From assembly GCA_005882985.1 (NCBI GenBank), contig VBEJ01000036.1, forward strand, positions 1 through 56,727: a stretch of DNA of 56,727 bases, given 5' to 3'. Under the pieces are notes generated by a model, which did no database searches, was not told the origin of the DNA, and worked only from the letters and a program-made list of their open reading frames with translations. Source of the stretch: Chloroflexota bacterium. GTDB taxonomy: Bacteria > Chloroflexota > Dehalococcoidia > SM23-28-2 > RBG-16-64-32. The position numbers and the translations under genes were made by a program. Below are positions 51,088-56,727 of the stretch, piece by piece (position 1 is the first letter of the stretch; each line of letters opens with the position of its first letter).

Positions 51088-51441
51088 CTACCTCCTCTTC
51101 TCTAAACGCTCCAGCAGCAGGTTCGGCAAATCCCGCAAGAAACGGCTGCGCGGATATACTCGCTCGACCCCCGCGCGCTCGGCCGCGCGCCGCAGCTCCA
51201 CGTTCACATGCGGATAGAACGCGATCAGCCAGGCGCCCGCCCCGCTTGCCTCTCGGACGAGGTCATCGAGATTGAGTTGCGGCGTCGCTAGATCGACGAC
51301 CAAACCCTCCACCGTCGAGGAGCGCAGCCTTTGCCGGGCCTCGCCGCCCGAAGACACGGCCTCTGCATTCCGGCCGATTGCCCTCGCCGCCTCTTCAATG
51401 CGAAGGCCGACCATGAGATCATCGACGACCGCCAGGATCAC
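51088..51441 (-). CDS. receiver-like (CheY-fold) protein with degenerate active site (pseudo-receiver), hypothetical
   Basis: 117 aa. MILAVVDD (acidic pair) and GLVVDLATP (Asp at the phospho-acceptor position). The conserved Thr/Ser of beta4 and the Lys-Pro of beta5 are not evident (LIAFYPH, VYPRS). Confidence 0.45.
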   Translation of the reverse strand: MILAVVDDLMVGLRIEEAARAIGRNAEAVSSGGEARQRLRSSTVEGLVVDLATPQLNLDDLVREASGAGAWLIAFYPHVNVELRRAAERAGVERVYPRSRFLRDLPNLLLERLEKRR

Positions 51442-51472
51442 AACACCTCACTCATCCGGTCGCCGAAGGCGG

Positions 51473-52309
51473 CTACAACGCGAACGTCGCGCCCTCAGTG
51501 CCGCCCACGAGCGTGAACGGCAGCTTCGCGGCCCTTCGCGCATCCTCGACCATGCGGTCCAATATCGCGTCGTCGTGCTGTGGGTCATGATGGAACGTCA
51601 CCATCTTCTTCGCCGCCGCCTTCTGCGCGAACCCCACTGTATCCGGCAACGAACTGTGCCCCCAGCCGACGTGCTCCGCATACTCTTCAGGCGTGTACTG
51701 AGCGTCGTGGATCAGGATGTCCGCATCCTCTGCTAGTTCGAAGCCCGAGGTCCATTCAGCATCCTCTGGGAAGCGCCGCGCGCCGAGGGCCGGTTCGTGA
51801 TCGGGAAGATAGACCACCGCCTTTCCGTTCTCGCTTATCCGATACCCGACTGTAGGACCCGGGTGGCAGACCAGGCTCGCCTTAACCGCCATCCCCTCGA
51901 TTTCAAAATCGCTCAACGGGACGTCGTGCAACGTCAGCCGGCTGGGGAGGTCCCGCATCTGCACCGGGAACAGCGGGGGCGAAAGGTAGCGGGCGAGGCG
52001 GTCGCGTAGGTGCAGCGTGGTGGACGGCGGGCCCCATACATGCACTTCCAGGTCAGGCTTGTATAGCCCGGCGAAGAAGCCCAAGCCCTGTACATGGTCC
52101 ATGTGCAGGTGCGTCAACAAAATGTCGACACGGCGTAAATCCGGGTACAGCGTCGCGCTTAGCGGCCGGATGCCCGTCCCCGCGTCGAGGATCAGCAACT
52201 GGCCATCCGCGCCGCGCACTTCCACGCAGGACGTGTTTCCCCCGTAGCGCGCGGTTTCGGGCCCCGGCGCAGCCAGCGATCCTCTTGTTCCCCACAGTGT
52301 AACGTCCAT
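51473..52309 (-). CDS. MBL-fold metallo-hydrolase (Lactamase_B_2 / PhnP-like group)
   Basis: Start set at ATG 52309 (MDVTLWGTRGS...). YGGNTSCVEV, metal motif LLTHLHMDHVQG (HxHxDH), downstream His/Asp ligands (VCHPG, LPDHE, FHHD). Confidence 0.85.
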   Translation of the reverse strand: MDVTLWGTRGSLAAPGPETARYGGNTSCVEVRGADGQLLILDAGTGIRPLSATLYPDLRRVDILLTHLHMDHVQGLGFFAGLYKPDLEVHVWGPPSTTLHLRDRLARYLSPPLFPVQMRDLPSRLTLHDVPLSDFEIEGMAVKASLVCHPGPTVGYRISENGKAVVYLPDHEPALGARRFPEDAEWTSGFELAEDADILIHDAQYTPEEYAEHVGWGHSSLPDTVGFAQKAAAKKMVTFHHDPQHDDAILDRMVEDARRAAKLPFTLVGGTEGATFAL

Positions 52310-52328
52310 GCGTCGGCGACCCGCCCTT

Positions 52329-52733
52329 TCAGCCCAGCCCGCCCGGCTCGGCTTCCCAGAAGATAGCAACGGCGCCGAGATGCCGTCCTCCCTGACCTTC
52401 GATCGGAAACGCGCTCGCGTCTACAACCCGCCACTCGCCGTCGAGCCCGCGGATGCGGAGGCGCCGATGGGCCGGCCGCCGTTCCAGAAGCGCGATGTTG
52501 ATCGGCAAGGACTCAGCATCTAGTCGGGAGCCATCCTCACTTGTCGTTTGAAAGATCGTTGCCAGCTCCTCGGCGGGCATTTCCCCGGCCTCATCGAAGC
52601 GCCGGCCGAGGACCGCTTCCGCGGGCTCGTTATAGTAGACCAGATGTCCGTTTTCGCCCATAACCCATACCGGCACTACGAGGTAGCTCGCCCACTGACG
52701 GGTGAGGATCAGTTCGATCGGTTGCTGGGGCAT
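52329..52733 (-). CDS. single-domain PAS-like sensor protein
   Basis: 134 aa. GHLVYYNEPAEAVLGRRFDE...TSEDGSRL...LRIRGLDGEWRVVDASAFPIEGQGGRHLGAVAIFW fits a PAS fold pattern. No output domain. Confidence 0.6.
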   Translation of the reverse strand: MPQQPIELILTRQWASYLVVPVWVMGENGHLVYYNEPAEAVLGRRFDEAGEMPAEELATIFQTTSEDGSRLDAESLPINIALLERRPAHRRLRIRGLDGEWRVVDASAFPIEGQGGRHLGAVAIFWEAEPGGLG

Positions 52734-52796
52734 TCGTGCTCTCTCGCTATCCGGGACGCGTCCGGACGCTATTCTACCGGAATCGAGAGCAAGGAC

Positions 52797-55700
52797 TCAG
52801 TTTGCCGCGACGGTATGGCCGGCCGGGAGGTCCGCCAGTCGCATCGAAAGCACTCGCGAAGCGCCGTCGGGCGCCATCGAGACGCCGTAAATGCTGTCCG
52901 CCACTTCGATCGTGCGCCGGTTGTGAGTGATCACGATGAATTGCGTCCGCTGCGCCAGATCGTGCAGCGCCGATGCGAACCGGCCCACGTTCGCTTCGTC
53001 GAGCATGGCGTCGACTTCGTCAAGCACGCAGAACGGCGATGGGTTCGCCTGGAGCAGCGCAAACAGCAACGAAACCGAGGTCAGCGCTTTCTCCCCGCCT
53101 GAGAGCTGTGCGAGCGTCTTGGTGCGTTTGCCCGGCGGCTGCGCCTCGACCTCCACTCCCGAGTTAGACGGGTCCTTCGGATCAGTCAGGCTCAGCTCCG
53201 CGTGCCCGCCGCCGAAGAAAGCCTTGAAATACTGCTCGAAGCCGCGCGCCACCTTCTCGAACGTCGTCTCGAACCGCTTTCGCATCAGCGTCGTGAGCTC
53301 CTCGATGGCGCGGTGCAGCGACTTCTCCGCGGTTGCGAGGTCCTCCAGCTGCCCCGCGAGGAAGCTGTGCCGCTCGCTGAGAGACTCGTAGTCTTCGCGC
53401 GCCTCGACGTTCACCGGACCGAGGTTCCGGATCTGGCCGCGCAGCCTGTCAATTCGGCCGCGCAGCCCTTCCTGGTCGATGTGTGCGCCGCCGGAAATCG
53501 GGCGCCCTTCCCAGGGCGGGCCCTCGCCCTCCTCCGTCCCCTCCTGACCTGCCGCCAGCCAGAACGGGACCGCCACTTCTTCCGCCTCCACCATGACGAT
53601 ATTTCCGTCCGGGCTCAGCGTCAGCCCGTCCTCTTCTATCCGCACTCGCAGCGTGTCCACTTCCGTCCGCCAGCGGCGGACCTCGGCCTCGGCCTCCAGC
53701 GCCTGGCGCTCGCTCTCAAACAGCCGGTTCTGCGAGCTCATAACCTGCGAGTGCAGGTCGCGCTGCCTCGCCTCGAGGTGATGCGAGCCTTCCTCCCCGG
53801 GGTGGACCGTCTGGACGAAGCTCTCCATCCGCTCTCTTGCCTCGGACAGGTTCGTGTCGTCCGCCTCGACGCTCGATGTAAGCGTGGTCAGTTCCATCTC
53901 CAATCCACGCAACTGCACCGCCTTCGCTGAGACCTGCGTCTCCAGCCGCGCCAGCGCCGCCTTGGCGGCCTCCCGCTGCGCCCCCAGCGAGCGGTAGCGC
54001 GCGTCCACGCCACCCAGCGCGTTCGCTGCCTCTTCGGCAGCCGCGGTCAGCGCCTTCCGCCGTTGTTTGATCACGCTGTTCGCCTGCCCCACGTACTTGG
54101 CCGTCTCAGCAGACTCCCTGGCCTGCTCCAACAGCAACGCCCGTTCGCCTTCCAATCGTTCCGCCTCTGCCGCCAGGGAGCGCTGCTGATCTCGCAGGCT
54201 TCCCTGCGAGCCGATGAGCCCCCGCATTTCGCCGCGGAGCTGTGCCAGCCTCTGCTGCCTCTGAGAGAGCGAGTCCTGCAGCTTGCGCCGCTTGTCCAGC
54301 GCACTCTCGGCGTCCTTCGTTAGCGCCGCCAGTTCTGACTCGGCTTTCCGTCGCCGCTCGCGCAGGGATTCAACCTCCCGCTCCGCGACGTTCAGAGACC
54401 GCCTGATCCGGTCCATCTCCTTCGGGATCACTTCCATGTCGCGTTCGTAGCCCAGGATGAACGGCCGGCTCGTCGGGGGCTGCCCGCCGCTGATGTAGCC
54501 GGACGGGTGGAACAGGATGCCATCGAGCGTCACGACTGTCCCCAGCCCCCGCCGCATTACGCGCGCAGCCGCCGTGACGTCCTGCACGACCACTGTGCGG
54601 CCAAGAAGGTTGTTCACCAGCTTCTCGTAGCGCGCGGGATACTTCACGAGCCTCGCCGCGACGCCGACGACGCCCTTCTCCTTCATGATGTTCAGCGGGT
54701 ATACCGACTTGATCGTGTCCAACGGGAGAACGGCCGTGCGCGGCCCCCCTTCGGCGACGAGCGACTGAATCGCGGAGATCGCCTGAGCCTGTCTGTCGAA
54801 AATGAAGGCCTCGATTTGACCGATCAAAGCGGCGGCAATTGCATCCTCCAGCCCCCGCGGGACGCGGATGACCTCGTACACGGTCGACAGCGCGCCCTCG
54901 ATTATCACGGCTGCGTCCGGCGACGTCGCCTGCGCCTGCTTCTGCGCCTCCTCCAGCACATCGAGCCGAGCTTCGAGCCCCTGTAGCTTGCCGCGCCGCT
55001 CGTTCTGCGACCGCCGGCGCGTGTCCAGCCGTGAAGCATCGCGTTCGAGGTCGCGCTGGCCGTCCGCTAGCTTGCGTACCCGCGCCTTCATCTCAGCCGC
55101 GGCCGCCTCCAGCCGCTTGCCCTTCGCTTCGGCGTCAGCTCCGTGCGTCAGTGCGTCGCGGAACTCTTGCTCCAGCGCTGTAAGGTCGGCCTGGCGCGCC
55201 GCCAGCGCCTCCTTCGCGTCTTGTAACTCGGCCTCGGTCTGGCCACGCGTTTCCTCTTCCGCCGCCAGCATGCCGCTCGTCCGGTCGCGCTCCTGTTCGA
55301 ACACGCGCAGCTCGCCTGCCAGCTCGGCGGAACGAGCCTCGAGAATCGCGCGCCGCTCCCCGGCCACCGCCATGCGCCGTTCAAGGTCGCGGATGCGCTG
55401 ATCGAGGCGTTCTCGCTCGGCCGCCGATGCCGCCGCTGCCTGGCGGTGCTGCTCGAGCTGCTTCGCTATCTCGGACAGCTCTCGCTGACAGGTCTCGAGC
55501 GCGACCTTCGCCTGCACAAACTCCGCCTGAGCCTGGTCGTGGTTCGCTCTCGCCACCGCCAGCGACTCCTGCGCCCGGTGCCACTGGTGCTCGTAGAACG
55601 CCTGCAGTGCCTGCCGCAACTCCTTCGATAGCAGTGCGTGCTCGCCAGCGCGCTTCGCCTGCCGCTCCAACTGCGCGAGCCGGGGCGCGATCTCTTTCAT

Positions 55701-56282
55701 CAGCAGCCGGACGCGCTCGACGTTCTCATGCGTCGCCTTCAGCCGGTCCTGCGCCTCCTCAATCTTCAACCGGTAGCGCTGGATGTCCGCTGCCTCTTCG
55801 ATGAGCAGCCGCCGTTCCTCTGGGCGAAGGTTCAGGACACTCTCGACGAGTCCCTGCCCGATGATCGCGTACGAGCTCTGGGTAGCGCTCGCCTTCGTTA
55901 GAAGCGACTGGATCTCGCGCAGCCGCACCTTCTTCTTGTTGATGATGTAATTGCTCTCGCCCGAACGGAAGCCGCGCCGCGCTGCCGCCACCTCTGGGAC
56001 GTCGACGGGCAGCCAGCCGTCGCTGTTATCGAGCGTCAGCGTGACTTCGACACGGTCAGAGCGGGCGCGCGTGGCGGATCCCGCGAAGATTATGTCGTCC
56101 AGCTTCTTCGCGCGCAGAAGCCGGCCCGACTGTTCGCCCAGCACCCAGCGGAGGGCGTCAGCGATATTGGACTTGCCCGAGCCGTTGGGCCCGACGATTG
56201 CGGTGATGCCCTGACCGAACTCGAACGTCGTGCGGGTCGCGAAGCTCTTGAAGCCCTGGAGGTCGAGCCGCTTCAGGTACAC
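52797..56282 (-). CDS. smc: chromosome segregation protein SMC
   Basis: 1161 aa, GTG start. Walker A GPNGSGKSN, long coiled coils flanking a hinge, signature LSGGEKALT, Walker B FCVLDEVDAMLD. Confidence 0.95.
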   Translation of the reverse strand: MYLKRLDLQGFKSFATRTTFEFGQGITAIVGPNGSGKSNIADALRWVLGEQSGRLLRAKKLDDIIFAGSATRARSDRVEVTLTLDNSDGWLPVDVPEVAAARRGFRSGESNYIINKKKVRLREIQSLLTKASATQSSYAIIGQGLVESVLNLRPEERRLLIEEAADIQRYRLKIEEAQDRLKATHENVERVRLLMKEIAPRLAQLERQAKRAGEHALLSKELRQALQAFYEHQWHRAQESLAVARANHDQAQAEFVQAKVALETCQRELSEIAKQLEQHRQAAAASAAERERLDQRIRDLERRMAVAGERRAILEARSAELAGELRVFEQERDRTSGMLAAEEETRGQTEAELQDAKEALAARQADLTALEQEFRDALTHGADAEAKGKRLEAAAAEMKARVRKLADGQRDLERDASRLDTRRRSQNERRGKLQGLEARLDVLEEAQKQAQATSPDAAVIIEGALSTVYEVIRVPRGLEDAIAAALIGQIEAFIFDRQAQAISAIQSLVAEGGPRTAVLPLDTIKSVYPLNIMKEKGVVGVAARLVKYPARYEKLVNNLLGRTVVVQDVTAAARVMRRGLGTVVTLDGILFHPSGYISGGQPPTSRPFILGYERDMEVIPKEMDRIRRSLNVAEREVESLRERRRKAESELAALTKDAESALDKRRKLQDSLSQRQQRLAQLRGEMRGLIGSQGSLRDQQRSLAAEAERLEGERALLLEQARESAETAKYVGQANSVIKQRRKALTAAAEEAANALGGVDARYRSLGAQREAAKAALARLETQVSAKAVQLRGLEMELTTLTSSVEADDTNLSEARERMESFVQTVHPGEEGSHHLEARQRDLHSQVMSSQNRLFESERQALEAEAEVRRWRTEVDTLRVRIEEDGLTLSPDGNIVMVEAEEVAVPFWLAAGQEGTEEGEGPPWEGRPISGGAHIDQEGLRGRIDRLRGQIRNLGPVNVEAREDYESLSERHSFLAGQLEDLATAEKSLHRAIEELTTLMRKRFETTFEKVARGFEQYFKAFFGGGHAELSLTDPKDPSNSGVEVEAQPPGKRTKTLAQLSGGEKALTSVSLLFALLQANPSPFCVLDEVDAMLDEANVGRFASALHDLAQRTQFIVITHNRRTIEVADSIYGVSMAPDGASRVLSMRLADLPAGHTVAAN

Positions 56283-56291
56283 TTCGGACCG

Positions 56292-56727
56292 CTATGTGCC
56301 GGTCGCGGCGAGTGTCTCCAACGCTTGCCGGGCGGCGTTCAGTTCAGCCTGCTTCTTGTTACGCCCTTGCCCGCGGCCCAGCACCTGCTCACCTACGCTC
56401 ACGTCCACCGTGAACAGCTTCGCATGATCTGGCCCTTCTGATGAGACCATCCGGTACTCCGGTATCTCGTGCCAGCGGGTCTGCGCTACGTGCTGTAGTT
56501 CGCTCTTGCTGTCGGCGGTCACGCCGCGTGCCGCTATCTCGTCGAAGTCCGGCTTTAGCAGCCTCAGCAACAGCTTGCGCGCCTTCGCCATGCCCCCATC
56601 CATGAACGCCGCCCCGATGAGCGCCTCAAACGCGCCCGCCAGATTCGACGGCCGCTTGCGCCCACCCGAGAGCTCCTCGCCTTTACCGAGTACTAGGTAA
56701 GACCCGAGGTCGATGCGCTCCGCCGCC
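56292..56727 (-). CDS. rnc: ribonuclease III (5' end outside window)
   Basis: The frame is open beyond the track's Met at 56603 up to the window edge. Reads AAERIDLGSYLVLGKGEELSGGRKRPSNLAGAFEALIGAAFMDGG (RNase III domain) followed by a dsRBD (DSKSELQHVAQ...GRGQGRNKKQAELNAARQAL). Confidence 0.9.
   Translation of the reverse strand, partial: AAERIDLGSYLVLGKGEELSGGRKRPSNLAGAFEALIGAAFMDGGMAKARKLLLRLLKPDFDEIAARGVTADSKSELQHVAQTRWHEIPEYRMVSSEGPDHAKLFTVDVSVGEQVLGRGQGRNKKQAELNAARQALETLAATGT

Noticed and set aside
52758-52769. A perfect 12-nt palindrome GCGTCCGGACGC between the smc stop and the PAS gene start.
   Set aside because: It is short and GC-rich, so it is expected by chance in this composition. 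There is no second copy and no flanking promoter elements. At most it is a weak hairpin.
1-56727. I searched by eye for CRISPR arrays, tRNA/rRNA genes, transposases, integrases, toxin-antitoxin pairs and known phage-defence genes.
   Set aside because: I saw no regularly spaced repeats other than the 4 x 20-bp array. The only T-loop/acceptor-type sequence is the tmRNA. No DDE/tyrosine-recombinase or defence-associated motifs appear in any ORF. A covariance-model scan would still be needed to exclude small structured RNAs.

Overview
Visibly GC-rich, gene-dense bacterial chromosomal window. It holds about 55 protein genes and one tmRNA, with many GTG/TTG starts and 4-nt ATGA/GTGA overlaps. Likely a Terrabacteria-type organism (Chloroflexota- or Actinomycetota-like), which I cannot confirm.

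Layout:
- 1-5 kb: quinone oxidoreductase, then a metal/metalloid node. On one strand, a small Cys/His protein plus a CDF pump. On the other, arsR, a small CC protein and arsM.
- 5-9.7 kb: acyl-CoA ligase, WrbA-like flavodoxin, a Cys-rich orphan, a PTPS-like gene and a GNAT.
- 9.8-18.5 kb: carbon-storage block. It holds WS/DGAT, a lipase-like hydrolase, AraC, three VOC genes, a frameshifted yjbR-like gene, and a PHA locus (phasin-like, PadR, small PhaE/PhaR-like, class III-type PhaC, SDR).
- 19.2-23.9 kb: tmRNA, two tandem TadG-like secreted paralogues, smpB and an S41 protease.
- 24.4-28.1 kb: MetE split into two cistrons, and a CoA-binding acyl-CoA synthetase alpha-type protein.
- 28.1-37.8 kb: mutL, then a sensor kinase, a REC and two REC-GGDEF genes on the opposite strand, then mutS.
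- 38-42.1 kb: two PAS-LuxR paralogues.
- 42.2-44.7 kb: NuoE/NuoF-like pair.
- 44.7-49.7 kb: two GT-C membrane proteins, one fused to an NHL propeller.
- 49.9-56.7 kb: ftsY, a pseudo-receiver, an MBL hydrolase, a single PAS protein, smc and rnc (partial).

I found no CRISPR array, tRNA/rRNA, transposase, integrase or recognisable phage-defence gene.

Most notable observations:
- Three Bacillus-type housekeeping partnerships (smpB-ssrA, mutS-mutL, rnc-smc-ftsY) are each interrupted by a small accessory cassette.
- A perfect 4 x 20-bp tandem repeat duplicates the stop-codon end of ftsY.
- MetE is split into two cistrons with a structured spacer between them.
- A near-identical 15-mer is shared by two divergent promoters.
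- An ACGTGCTAnAAT motif is shared by the ssrA, mutL and PAS-LuxR promoters.

The best candidates for an undescribed system are the PAS / MBL-hydrolase / pseudo-receiver trio between smc and ftsY and the kinase / REC / 2xGGDEF wedge inside mutS-mutL. Both rest on inference from gene context only.
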